NCBI GenBank assembly: GCA_037305845.1
Contig: CP147778.1
Span: 3,104,001-3,168,000, forward strand
Direction of reading: 5' to 3'
DNA: 64,000 nt
Source of the DNA: Candidatus Freyarchaeum deiterrae
GTDB taxonomy: Archaea > Asgardarchaeota > Jordiarchaeia > Jordiarchaeales > Jordiarchaeaceae
Of the stretch, positions 39,291 through 49,062 are shown in pieces (position 1 is the stretch's first letter; every line of letters starts with the position of its first letter). A program made the translations under genes and the position numbers. The notes beneath the pieces were generated by a model. That model searched no databases. It saw only the letters and a list, made by a program, of their open reading frames with translations, and was not told the origin of the DNA.

Positions 39291-40067
39291 TTGAAAACCT
39301 ATATTATTGCAGTGGGCGACGAGCTGTTAAACGGCAAAACCCTAGATTACAATAGCCACTGGATAGCAAAGAGGCTCACCGGCCTCGGATTTGAGGTCTC
39401 GGGCATAAGTGTGGTGCCCGACAGTTTAGAGGAGATAGGTGAGGTTGTTAAAAGGTATTTGGAGAAAGGTGCTGAGCTTATTGTTATTACTGGGGGTTTG
39501 GGTCCCACTCCCGGAGATATAACTTTAGAGGCGATCTCAAAGGCTCTCGGGAGAAGGATGAGTGTTGAGCCTAGAGCTCTGGAGATTGTTAGAGATAAAT
39601 ACAGTCAGTTCTTTGAAGTAGGGCATGTTTCTAGCCCTACTATAACGGAGGATAGGAAGAAGATGGCGGTTCTACCGGAGAATAGTATTCCTATTTTTAA
39701 TGTAGTGGGCGTAGCCCCAGGAGTCTTCTTAAAACAAGACTCGGCGAGTATTCTGGTTTTGCCAGGGGTTCCATCGGAGATGATGTATCTTCTCGAAATG
39801 GCGATTCCCTTCTTATCCGAGAAAACAACAGGAGTTTTTAGGACAGCGGAAATGGTAGTGGATGTTGGTGATGAATCTACACTCGCCCCACTTCTCAGAA
39901 AAGTTATGGAAAAGTTTCCAACAGTTTCAATAAAGTCATATCCTTCGGGTTTTGGGGACCGAGTTAGAATGAGGATTATCGCCTCCACAAAAGCCGACGA
40001 TGCTAAGGAAGGAGATAAAATTCTGAGCAAAGCCCTAGAGCTAATGAAAAATCTCATTAAAAAATAG
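39291..40067 (+). CDS. CinA-like / molybdopterin-binding (MoCF) domain protein
   Basis: VGDELLNG.TLD.N, TGGLGPT.GDIT, KMA.LP, G.APG, LPGVPSEM, ES.LAP. Confidence 0.88.
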   Translation: MKTYIIAVGDELLNGKTLDYNSHWIAKRLTGLGFEVSGISVVPDSLEEIGEVVKRYLEKGAELIVITGGLGPTPGDITLEAISKALGRRMSVEPRALEIVRDKYSQFFEVGHVSSPTITEDRKKMAVLPENSIPIFNVVGVAPGVFLKQDSASILVLPGVPSEMMYLLEMAIPFLSEKTTGVFRTAEMVVDVGDESTLAPLLRKVMEKFPTVSIKSYPSGFGDRVRMRIIASTKADDAKEGDKILSKALELMKNLIKK

Positions 40068-40289
40068 GATTGCTCAAACAAAAAGTTGGGTAAAATAACC
40101 TCCCAATTTTTTCCAACATTCAAGCTTTACAATACATTCCAAACAGTTATGCATCACAGTCTTTGTGAAATAGGGCATGTAACTGTTGAAGGAAAAAGTG
40201 TATAAACATATATTTTCCTGTAATGCAAAGTTCTCGACGCAAGTAGAAGCAGCAAAAGAGCAAGAGGGAGAAGAAACCCCCTACATACA

Positions 40290-40577
40290 TATGTACCTTT
40301 AAACGACTATTTTTTCCAGATTAAACTTAAATTTCGTACTACGACTTTTTAAAATAAAACCCTCTCAAGAAGAACTTGCGAAGGAAACTGTTTCCATCCA
40401 TCGTAGCAAGCTTACCCCCCCTCTCAGCAGGCTCTACGACACACATATACACCCCAAACAAGACCAAAAAGTGGTGGAAAAAAGGAAATGAACAGTAACC
40501 ATAAATGGGGCTCCAGCGGCGAGAAACGCACCATCACCTGGGAGTATGAACCATCGCCAGAACTCCTGCAGTACCTA
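40290..40577 (+). mobile_element. IS607-like relic: degraded tnpA 3' end plus first 30 codons of a putative tnpB
   Basis: Broken SQEEL...SIVAS...SRLY...KVVE resembles the C-terminus of IS607 serine recombinases. ATGA overlap at 40488, then MNSNHKWGSSGEKRTITWEYEPSPELLQYL in a GC-richer patch. Confidence 0.5.
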
Positions 40578-40591
40578 ATACAAAAAAGTCT

Positions 40592-40606
40592 TTCCAATTA
40601 ATTTAT
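40592..40606 (+). promoter_or_regulatory. Shared 15-bp promoter-like motif TTCCAATTAATTTAT, copy 1
   Basis: Identical to 43772-43786; about 45 nt upstream of the CDS; AT-rich TATA-like core. Confidence 0.5.
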
Positions 40607-40652
40607 TAATGACAATAACCAACTTATAGAAAAGTATTGAAAAAATACTTTT

Positions 40653-41840
40653 TTGGAGGGTTTTTCCTTGTTAGGCGATTTGAATATTGATAGAGTTAAT
40701 CAGCTAATAAGTAAAGTTAGTGATGTTTCAACCAGACTTCTTTCTGAAAGAGCAATTGTGGAATCAAAGCTGTTCAACGTGACTGCTTACAATGGTTTAG
40801 CTTGTTTCCAGCTTTACAACGGATACCAGTACAAGATAATGAAAGAACTAGCCAAGCACATCGACCCAGCCGAAATAGGGAGAAAATGCAAAACACTGGC
40901 AATGATACCAAACGCTCTGGGCATGTGGGCTTTTATAGGGCTGTACATGCTAGGGAGAATGCAAACACTCCACGATCTGGGAGGCCCTCAAAATGAACCA
41001 GAGGAGAGGAGAGAAGAGGGAAAATTCATACTCGATTTTTGGCAGAGAATGGCTAGCGCATACTATGACGGATTCCTATTCGCTGATGATAACGGTTTCA
41101 GGATCCCAGTATTGCCGGGTTCCATACTGAACATGGTTAAGGAAAATCTCGTGGAGCTAGATAAAGATAAGATTCCCAAATTGAAGAGAACCATGGCTCA
41201 GGTGCAATTGACGGAGTTCCTATACTACTGTGAGTGTAGGGCTTCCATACACGAGATGGGGCCTTACAAGATAAGTGATGACGAGATACTTCTGTTCAGA
41301 GAGTTCTCACCCCTATGGGATGGAACCAATCTTAAATTTGAATGGGGCAACTTGGAAGCAAAGTCTCCGCTACCGAATATCTCCATAGCTTTAACTCTCA
41401 AGGGAATAGACTCAGTTGATTTCACAGACTATGGAACGATGTTCGTCAAACCCGAAGATTACACCAACAACATCCGAAAAGTTGCAATGTTCACCCGAAG
41501 AGGCGACAAGATAGAACCCGTGGGATTGGATATACTTGAACCCTTAAACCAGTTTGCAACGGATGCCCAAACGGAGCTCTACCTCAAATTCGCGGAGTGG
41601 CCCGAGGACATGAAGGTTCTCTCGGGAGCAGAGGTTTTCGCGAAATACCTTTTCACTTTCACAGACATCGCAGGCATAACAAACAAATTCAAACTAGGCA
41701 TAAATGATGAAACCAAGAAAAAATGGTTCCCAAAAATAATGACTGAGTGGAAAATAATGCATCCTTCCTGGGCACGAATCTTCAGACCCAAAGAAGAATG
41801 GAAAGTAGATCCAACATTCTACTGGATGGTAGAGAAATGA
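40653..41840 (+). CDS. Unknown protein, paralog A of a pair flanking a phosphohistidine domain
   Basis: Shares ESKLF.VTAY, DFW.R.AS, CE.RA...GPYKIS, FRE, AQ.ELYL.F.EW with 44320-45477. Confidence 0.8.
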   Translation: MEGFSLLGDLNIDRVNQLISKVSDVSTRLLSERAIVESKLFNVTAYNGLACFQLYNGYQYKIMKELAKHIDPAEIGRKCKTLAMIPNALGMWAFIGLYMLGRMQTLHDLGGPQNEPEERREEGKFILDFWQRMASAYYDGFLFADDNGFRIPVLPGSILNMVKENLVELDKDKIPKLKRTMAQVQLTEFLYYCECRASIHEMGPYKISDDEILLFREFSPLWDGTNLKFEWGNLEAKSPLPNISIALTLKGIDSVDFTDYGTMFVKPEDYTNNIRKVAMFTRRGDKIEPVGLDILEPLNQFATDAQTELYLKFAEWPEDMKVLSGAEVFAKYLFTFTDIAGITNKFKLGINDETKKKWFPKIMTEWKIMHPSWARIFRPKEEWKVDPTFYWMVEK

Positions 41841-42739
41841 ACGCGGAGAGAACGGTAAAAGACTCAGAGGAGCACCCACACGACTACCCCTCAAGATTGG
41901 ACTGGAAGGAATCATGGTACTTTACCTACATGGATCCGAGAAGCAAGATCTGTGGAATATTCTACATATCCACGTACCCAAATAACGGAAGGACAGATTA
42001 CCTCACGACCTATCTGATAGACGGAAAAGTTGACGGATACATGAACACTACCGGAGTGAGCGGGAAACTGAGTGATATAACTGACGGAAAATTAAAATTT
42101 GAATTAGTGAAGCCCAATAAGAAATGGAATGTTTTCTTGGAAACCGAGAAGTTCAATATGGACTTCAAATTCAATGGAAGGTTTCCTCCATTTCGCTTTG
42201 ACCCCAATAAAGCCTACGTCAAGGATGTTCTTGAACAGGAGCATTACGAGCAGAGTTGCAAGGTTAATGGAACAATAAGATTCTCCGATGGAACCTCTCT
42301 TGAGGTTGATTGCTATGGTCACCGGGACCACTCTTGGGGCTTAAGAGACTACTCCAAAATAACAAAATGGGACTGGATGCAAGCCCAATTCGACGACTAC
42401 GCTATGAACATAATACGATTAACGATAGGCAAGAAAACCGAAATCAGCGGCTTCGTCTCAAACAAGAAAGGAAACATCGAAATAGTAGACACGAAAATCG
42501 AAACCCAGTACATGGAAGACCAGAAAACACCTCGGACGTCAACATACCTAGCGATAGATGAGAATGGGCGGTCGAAAACAATTCAATCCAAGAAGATTTA
42601 TGGGATAGTTTATCCGCCATGTCAGTCTAAGGAAGGAATCCGCACAGACATTTACGAAAACTTTTCCGAGTTTGCAGTCAAAGGAGAAAAAGGGAAGGGT
42701 TACGGGATTTCAGAATATCTGTTAACGGTAAAAGTCTAA
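41837..42739 (+). CDS. AttH/CrtC/tocopherol-cyclase-like beta-barrel protein
   Basis: WKESWYF, EHYEQ...G, GHRDHSWG.RD, WDW; ATG 41837 overlaps the upstream TGA. Confidence 0.65.
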   Translation: MNAERTVKDSEEHPHDYPSRLDWKESWYFTYMDPRSKICGIFYISTYPNNGRTDYLTTYLIDGKVDGYMNTTGVSGKLSDITDGKLKFELVKPNKKWNVFLETEKFNMDFKFNGRFPPFRFDPNKAYVKDVLEQEHYEQSCKVNGTIRFSDGTSLEVDCYGHRDHSWGLRDYSKITKWDWMQAQFDDYAMNIIRLTIGKKTEISGFVSNKKGNIEIVDTKIETQYMEDQKTPRTSTYLAIDENGRSKTIQSKKIYGIVYPPCQSKEGIRTDIYENFSEFAVKGEKGKGYGISEYLLTVKV

Positions 42740-42993
42740 ACTGAAGCGGATAAGGCTAAGCAGACAGCTTAAGGCCTCCACGAGTGGGAGCTACTACAAC
42801 TTGGACTTTGTTACCCGAAACGCCTAGAGGAAAAAATCGTAGTGTAGATAGGGATGTAAATTTTGTCAATCCCGAAAGGCACAATTCAATAAATCTGCTA
42901 TTGCAAGGATTAAGATAAATAATTTTTTAAACAAAATAGACATAAGCTTTAAATATAAGAAGCTCTCTATAAAATAGATAATAATCTCCCTTT

Positions 42994-43620
42994 GTGGAGG
43001 AAATGGAGGGAGAATCTCTGAAATCTTCTACTATTCTTATATTGGTCGGGTGGATTCTCGTAATAATCAGTCTCATTATTGTTTACATTAACTGGATGGG
43101 ACTACCAGCGGCAAATACTAATGTTACTATAGGAGGATACGGTTTTTGGATGACTACTTCTTTTGATTGGGTACCCTTTCTTATCATAGGTCTTGGTCCA
43201 CTTTCTTCTGCTAGCACAATGATATTGATATCTGTAATTATCTTAGTTGTTGCACTAATAATGCAATTAGTCGGCGTAATATGGGCTAGGCGAGAGGGAA
43301 CTGGAACTTCAGTCGCTCTTGTTTTGGTCGGCTGGTTTGTCGTTTTACTCAGTTTCATTTTGCTTCTCATTGGCTGGATAGAACTATTCATGGCGGTTAA
43401 TAATTTAAATCAGTTTTTTGTCTATAACACCACTGGTTGGATCTTGGCGGTCTTAGGTAATTTATCTGGTTTAGGCCTAGTGTTTACGGCTTTGATGGAC
43501 TTTTTCGCGGGTATTGGTGCAATTTCCACCGTTAGCACAATGATAATGATATCGACTATTATCTTAGTTGTTGCAGCAGTAATAGAATTAGCCGGCGTAA
43601 TATTGGCATTGCGAAAGTAA
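42994..43620 (+). CDS. Multi-pass membrane protein with internal duplication
   Basis: Two repeats: LVGW...STMILIS.IILVVA...L.GVI.A.R. Confidence 0.65.
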   Translation: MEEMEGESLKSSTILILVGWILVIISLIIVYINWMGLPAANTNVTIGGYGFWMTTSFDWVPFLIIGLGPLSSASTMILISVIILVVALIMQLVGVIWARREGTGTSVALVLVGWFVVLLSFILLLIGWIELFMAVNNLNQFFVYNTTGWILAVLGNLSGLGLVFTALMDFFAGIGAISTVSTMIMISTIILVVAAVIELAGVILALRK

Positions 43621-43771
43621 ATCAAAGGGCGGATTAATAGTAATTTGGAGCCCTAGTAAACCATCCAAAAATTTCCCCTCTTTTTTATTTTTAAACACTC
43701 TAGTTTTATTTTTAGGGTTAGTTATTTATTTTAAAAGTTCAGGAATTCTGGCATCTTGGCAAGTTTCAGTG

Positions 43772-43786
43772 TTCCAATTAATTTAT
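43772..43786 (+). promoter_or_regulatory. Shared 15-bp promoter-like motif, copy 2
   Basis: TTCCAATTAATTTAT, about 40 nt upstream of 43827. Confidence 0.5.
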
Positions 43787-43826
43787 AAGCAAATTATATA
43801 ATTTAAGTAAATAACATCAACGAGGA

Positions 43827-44192
43827 ATGAATATGTCGTATCGGAAAGTTGCTGACGGGCTCATAAGTTGTGAAAAAAATGTAGAGGGAGTACTCCGAGT
43901 AATAAATAGTGTTCAAGATGTAATAGCTCTTCTTAAATCGGGAGCGGAAGGGAAAATACCTATAGTACAGGACGCGGGAACCACAACCCTTGCGCCGGTG
44001 CTTTCACGTGTCCGCGGGGTTGTTTGCTTATCGGGTGGCGTGGGTTCCCATTTGGCGATAGTTACAAGAGAGTTCGGCATACCCGGGTTGATGGGTACAG
44101 TAATCCAGTACGACGGAGATCTGAACGGGAAAAAAGGGAAAATTGTAGCGTGCGGAGACGCTAAAGGTGAGCTGCACATTCTAGAAGATTAG
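43827..44192 (+). CDS. Stand-alone PEP-utilising enzyme mobile (phosphohistidine swivel) domain
   Basis: GVVC.SGG..SHLAIV.REFGIP signature with the catalytic His. Confidence 0.87.
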   Translation: MNMSYRKVADGLISCEKNVEGVLRVINSVQDVIALLKSGAEGKIPIVQDAGTTTLAPVLSRVRGVVCLSGGVGSHLAIVTREFGIPGLMGTVIQYDGDLNGKKGKIVACGDAKGELHILED

Positions 44193-44319
44193 CATTAAAA
44201 AGGGGAAATGCCCCTAACTGATTTTTTTAATTTATCCTTTTTTTAAGTAAAGACCAAACTTTTATATAACATATTTATGCACCGTTCTAATAATTTTAAT
44301 GAAATTCTAGGGGTGTCTA

Positions 44320-45477
44320 TTGATGAATATTAAAGAAGCTAATGAGCTTATTCCCCACCTTTCCGAGGTTATTGATTACCAGGTCACCCATAGGGGGCTT
44401 TTGGAATCGAAGCTATTCCCCGTCACCGCGTATATCTGTGTATCTTTTTATAACAGCTACGACATGCTATACGACGTATTGAAAATGGTATCAGAGAAGA
44501 CTACACCCGAAAAAATGGGTGAGGAAAGCAGAAAGATACTCTCGGAACTGCATGCGATGACGCTTTTTTACATACCATTGTATTATATGGTAGGCAGAAT
44601 GGGAGAGATTTTTGCCAACAAGGGAGACCCGAAAAGCGAGCTCAAAAAAAAGAGAAGGCAGACCGTGTTTATCCTCGACTTTTGGAAGAGGCTAGCATCC
44701 TCTTACTTCCCTGGCGGCAGGTTGACAGTGTATGACTCCAACGGAGAGAACCTAGCTCTAAATCAACCTGATGTAGATTGGGTTAAGGAACAAATCGTAG
44801 ACGTGACCCCGGAGGAAGCGACTAAAATCAAAAGGGTGGCGGCTAATTTGGACTTGTTTTCATTTCTCGATGAGTGCGAAGCCAGAGCAAAGCTCGGAGA
44901 ACACGGACCCTACAAAATAAGCAAAAACGAAACACTGATTTTCAGGGAAATATTGCACCTCTACGATGGTAGAAAACCGCACTTCCCCTGGTCGGCGACA
45001 GAAGCCAAAGCACCATACACGAACATCGCCTTCGCCTACAGGTTAAAAAATGTGGAAGCAAAATTCGACGACTTCTCAACCATGACCACAACGCCGGGCG
45101 ACTTCACAGAAAAAATAACCGGAATCGCCCTACTAAGAAGAGACCGAAAAAAAATAAAACCAGTAGACATGGACGAGTTGGAAGCATTCAACGACTACGC
45201 CGTGAAAGCCCAAGAAGAATTGTATTTGAGGTTCTCTGAATGGGATAAAAGGCAACGCCTAATCGCTGGAGCATTCGCATACTGCTACGGTTACGCCCGA
45301 TACACAAATTTTGTAGGAATCACGGATCAAATAAACTGGGATCTCACGGAAAGAACAATGAAAAAATACGTACCCTTCTTTACGGAGAACGATTTAGACC
45401 CCGGAATCCCCAGACTATTTAGAACCGAGGAAGAGAGAAAGAAAGACCCCTCGCTTTATCTAATATCCGAAGACTGA
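44320..45477 (+). CDS. Unknown protein, paralog B
   Basis: Paralog of 40653-41840 along its full length. Confidence 0.8.
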   Translation: MMNIKEANELIPHLSEVIDYQVTHRGLLESKLFPVTAYICVSFYNSYDMLYDVLKMVSEKTTPEKMGEESRKILSELHAMTLFYIPLYYMVGRMGEIFANKGDPKSELKKKRRQTVFILDFWKRLASSYFPGGRLTVYDSNGENLALNQPDVDWVKEQIVDVTPEEATKIKRVAANLDLFSFLDECEARAKLGEHGPYKISKNETLIFREILHLYDGRKPHFPWSATEAKAPYTNIAFAYRLKNVEAKFDDFSTMTTTPGDFTEKITGIALLRRDRKKIKPVDMDELEAFNDYAVKAQEELYLRFSEWDKRQRLIAGAFAYCYGYARYTNFVGITDQINWDLTERTMKKYVPFFTENDLDPGIPRLFRTEEERKKDPSLYLISED

Positions 45478-45574
45478 ACAAAACCAAGCCAAACAAGTAA
45501 CAATAATAAAAACAGATTAAAAGAATAGAATCAACTAGCAAGAATATTTTTGGTAGGGGCTGCTTTCTACTCTT

Positions 45575-47188
45575 TTATTTTCTTTGTTCAATTTTTGATT
45601 CGACTTTTTTAGCTTTTACTTTTCCTTTTCCTATGTCTGCCCATTTCCACGTTATTGTGTGGTCATCCTTAGTGCATTCCAGTAGTCCCTCGTTAATAAG
45701 TTGGGTTAAGCCCCATTCCACCCACTCTCTTGAGAGGGCATCCGATACTGCCTTAATGGAATATATTTCGTCCGCGAGGAGTTTCTTTGGATCTTCTCCG
45801 TTGTTTTCAAGTTTCCCATGTCTCTCAATGCGGTCGTTTTTCAGGAGTCTCCAAGCTAGGGTGCGTCTTTTCCTGAGGAGGTAATCTTCCTTCGCCTCCG
45901 GTGTGTTCAGTGTTCCTTCCTCAACCTCTTTTTGTTGGTCTCTTATGAGTCCTTCTAGGTTGTAGTTGAAATCATTTACCGTCTTGTTCAGAAGTTCTTT
46001 GGGAACCTCATCGCTTTCTGTCACAGCTTGGTTTGCGTCGTATCTGAGCCAATTGCTGTGAAGTATTCTTAATCCGAACTCTTTGGCTCTCTCCCTCACT
46101 TCTGTTCCTGGGAATGGTGAAAGAATGTGGAAGCCGTGGGCGGTGTCCAACTCATTGCCGAATTCCATTGATTCCTTCATGGTTTGGGGTGTTTCGCCAG
46201 GCAGTCCCATTATAAATGAGGCGAGAACCTTTACTCCTGAATCTTTCGCTATCTTAACTCCTTTCCTCAACTTTTCCCTAGTTTGCCTCTTCCTCGCTAG
46301 CTCGAGTATTCTATCATCCCCGCTCTCCGCGCCGTAGCAGAAATAGTAGCACCCAGCCTCACTCATTCTTTTCACGAGATCCGGGGTAACGGTATCGCAT
46401 CTAGAGAATGCACACCATTTAATCTTTAACCCTCTATTCAGTATCTCATCACAAATCGCGTAGACGTGTTTGTGATTCATAGTTAACTGGTCATCTTCTA
46501 CACATATGTCATCGAATCCCTGACCCATAATTACTTCCATCTCATCAACAACGAGTTTCGGGTCTCGGTAACGGGCTTTTGCGCCAACCATTTTGTGCCC
46601 AACGCAGAATATACAGTGGTAAGGGCATCCACGAGCGGTAATCATGCTGGCTCCCACCTTGTAGGCGTGATATTTCGCCAGCGGTAAAAGGTGACGCGCC
46701 GGAAATGGAAGTTCGTCTAAATTCTGTATAAGCGGCCTATCCGGATTAACAACTATTTTCCCATCTTCCCTGTAGGTAATCCCCAGAATATCTTTAAGGT
46801 CTTTACCCTCAACCAAGTCTAACAAAGTGTATTCTCCTTCCCTCCTTACGATAACGTCAATGTAAGGGGCCTCGTTCAAACACTCCTCATCCCAAAAAGT
46901 GACGTGGCACCCGCCCATAACGGTCATGGCACCCATTTCGTTGCAGACCTTCAACGCCCGCAATGCGGTGGGATAATTCATGGTTACGGGTCCAGCTCCA
47001 CAGACGTCTGGTTTAAATTCCTGAATCTTCTCCTTAATCCTTTGCGGGGAAAATTTTGAAACAACCATATCCAAAATTTCAACTTCGTGACCCTTCTCTT
47101 CAAGAACAGCAGCAAGATAACATAATCCAAGGGGTAGGGTTGGGCATTCCGCGAAAGGATAGGGCGCATTTATCAACAGAGTTCTCAT
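45575..47188 (-). CDS. B12-binding radical SAM protein (class B-like), paralog 1
   Basis: PLGL.YLAA B12 domain; RGCPYHCIFC; GAESG; P.PGT. Confidence 0.92.
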   Translation of the reverse strand: MRTLLINAPYPFAECPTLPLGLCYLAAVLEEKGHEVEILDMVVSKFSPQRIKEKIQEFKPDVCGAGPVTMNYPTALRALKVCNEMGAMTVMGGCHVTFWDEECLNEAPYIDVIVRREGEYTLLDLVEGKDLKDILGITYREDGKIVVNPDRPLIQNLDELPFPARHLLPLAKYHAYKVGASMITARGCPYHCIFCVGHKMVGAKARYRDPKLVVDEMEVIMGQGFDDICVEDDQLTMNHKHVYAICDEILNRGLKIKWCAFSRCDTVTPDLVKRMSEAGCYYFCYGAESGDDRILELARKRQTREKLRKGVKIAKDSGVKVLASFIMGLPGETPQTMKESMEFGNELDTAHGFHILSPFPGTEVRERAKEFGLRILHSNWLRYDANQAVTESDEVPKELLNKTVNDFNYNLEGLIRDQQKEVEEGTLNTPEAKEDYLLRKRRTLAWRLLKNDRIERHGKLENNGEDPKKLLADEIYSIKAVSDALSREWVEWGLTQLINEGLLECTKDDHTITWKWADIGKGKVKAKKVESKIEQRK

Positions 47189-47330
47189 TAACGATTTACC
47201 TCGTTCTTTTTGTGATTCAAATTGTTTATCGCAAACACATAGTTAAATATACTTAAAGTTTACGTTTTTATAAAATTTAGCTCGCAAAAGGTTAGACTCG
47301 TGGAGCAAAGAGTGAAATAGTTGTTAGCTA

Positions 47331-48929
47331 CTACGCGTTTCGTAAGATTTCTGCTTGGCGATTTTTTCTGCTTGCATTGTTCCAGAACCATGTTATCGAG
47401 CTGTCATCTTTAGTGTAATTGAAAATGCCTTCTTCGAGCATTTTCCTTAATTCTTCAGCAATTCGATCTTTTGTCATGAAGGTTGAAATAGGTTTAAGTT
47501 TGTGTATCTCTTCTGCGAGAAGTTCAACAGGATCCCCATTTTCTGTAAACTTGCCGTGCCTCTCTATGTAATCTCTCTTCAAAAGATGCCAGGTGAATAC
47601 TCTTCTCTCCCTGAGCTCTATTAAGTCTCTATCTTCTTTGCTGAGTTTTCCCTGCTTTTTTCGTTCTTCTTCACTTTTCGTTATTGTTTCTATTAATGTG
47701 CCATAAAACTCCTTGGCGACCTTGTTTATGTACTCGGCGCTTGCGCCCTCTGTTTCCGTAATGGCTTGATTGGCATCATACCGATACCAGTCGCTGTGAA
47801 GAATCTTTATCCCAAGCTCCTCCGCTTTCTCCCTGATCTCTGTGCCGGGGTAGGGGGTAAGTATGTGGAAACCGTACCAATTTCCCAGGGACTTTCCAAA
47901 CTCAAGAGACTCCTTAACCGTTTCTTCTGTCTCTCCTGGAAGTCCTAGTATCATTGAGGAGAGTGTTGTTAGTCCCACCTCGTTTGAGAGAGTTATACCC
48001 TTCCTTATTTTCTCAATCGTTAGTCTCTTCTTTGCCAAGTCCAGTATACCCTGGTTTCCGCTCTCAACGCCGTATAGAATGAATATGCAGCCGGCTTCTT
48101 TCATTTTGCTCAAAAGTTCCTTTGTAACAGTGTCTACTCTTGCAAAAGCTGTCCACTGAACCTTAATTCCTCTATTGATTATCTCGTCGCAGAATTCGAA
48201 AATCCTCTTGATTTTAAATGTGAGAAGATCATCCACAACGTTAACTAGGTCGAAGCCGTAATCGAAGACTATTTCTTCAAGCTCGTCAACACACAGTTTT
48301 ATGTCTCTGAACCTCGGCTTCCTGCCAACCATTCTGCCTCCGACACAAAAGGTGCAGTTGTAGGGGCATCCTCGCCCGGTCATCATGGCACAGCCAGTTT
48401 TGTAGGCTCTGTACTTGGACAGGGGGAGTAGGTGCTTCGCTGGGAAGGGAAGTTCGTCCAAGTTCTCTATAAACGCTCTAGGAGGGTTCTTTACGATTTG
48501 TCCGTCTTCCCTGTAAGTTATACCGTCGACATCTTTTAGGTCTCTACCTTTAACAATATCCAGTAAAGTGTATTCGCCTTCCCCTCGGGCTACGATATCC
48601 AGATAGGGTGCTTCCTGCAGAGCTTCCTTATCGTAGAAGCTGACGTGGCATCCTCCCATAATTGTGGTGGCTCCGAACTTCTTGCAGACTTCCATGGCAC
48701 GAAGGGCGGTCGGATAATTTATGGTAATGGGGCCTGTGCCAGCGATATCGGGTTTAAACTCTTTCATCTTATCCGCAATTTTTTTAATAGAAAATCTTGA
48801 AACCAGAAGGTCGAGAATCTGAACTTCAAAGCCCTCTCTCTCAAGTACACCTGCTATGTAACAGAGCCCTAGGGGAGGTGTAGGTCCCTCATTGAAGGGG
48901 TATGGAACATTTACAAAGAGTACTTTCAT
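47331..48929 (-). CDS. B12-binding radical SAM protein, paralog 2
   Basis: RGCPYNCTFC; probable start ATG 48929 (ORF open to 48989). Confidence 0.92.
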   Translation of the reverse strand: MKVLFVNVPYPFNEGPTPPLGLCYIAGVLEREGFEVQILDLLVSRFSIKKIADKMKEFKPDIAGTGPITINYPTALRAMEVCKKFGATTIMGGCHVSFYDKEALQEAPYLDIVARGEGEYTLLDIVKGRDLKDVDGITYREDGQIVKNPPRAFIENLDELPFPAKHLLPLSKYRAYKTGCAMMTGRGCPYNCTFCVGGRMVGRKPRFRDIKLCVDELEEIVFDYGFDLVNVVDDLLTFKIKRIFEFCDEIINRGIKVQWTAFARVDTVTKELLSKMKEAGCIFILYGVESGNQGILDLAKKRLTIEKIRKGITLSNEVGLTTLSSMILGLPGETEETVKESLEFGKSLGNWYGFHILTPYPGTEIREKAEELGIKILHSDWYRYDANQAITETEGASAEYINKVAKEFYGTLIETITKSEEERKKQGKLSKEDRDLIELRERRVFTWHLLKRDYIERHGKFTENGDPVELLAEEIHKLKPISTFMTKDRIAEELRKMLEEGIFNYTKDDSSITWFWNNASRKNRQAEILRNA

Positions 48930-49062
48930 GCACACACTCACCAGATGCCTTGGGAACAATACATAGGAACTCAAGTTGCTTAATAGCATATTACGGCGCT
49001 TTTTAGAAATAAAATGCTTTTCCTATTTAAGCATTATTCTAATTTTATTTTATAGAGGTTAG

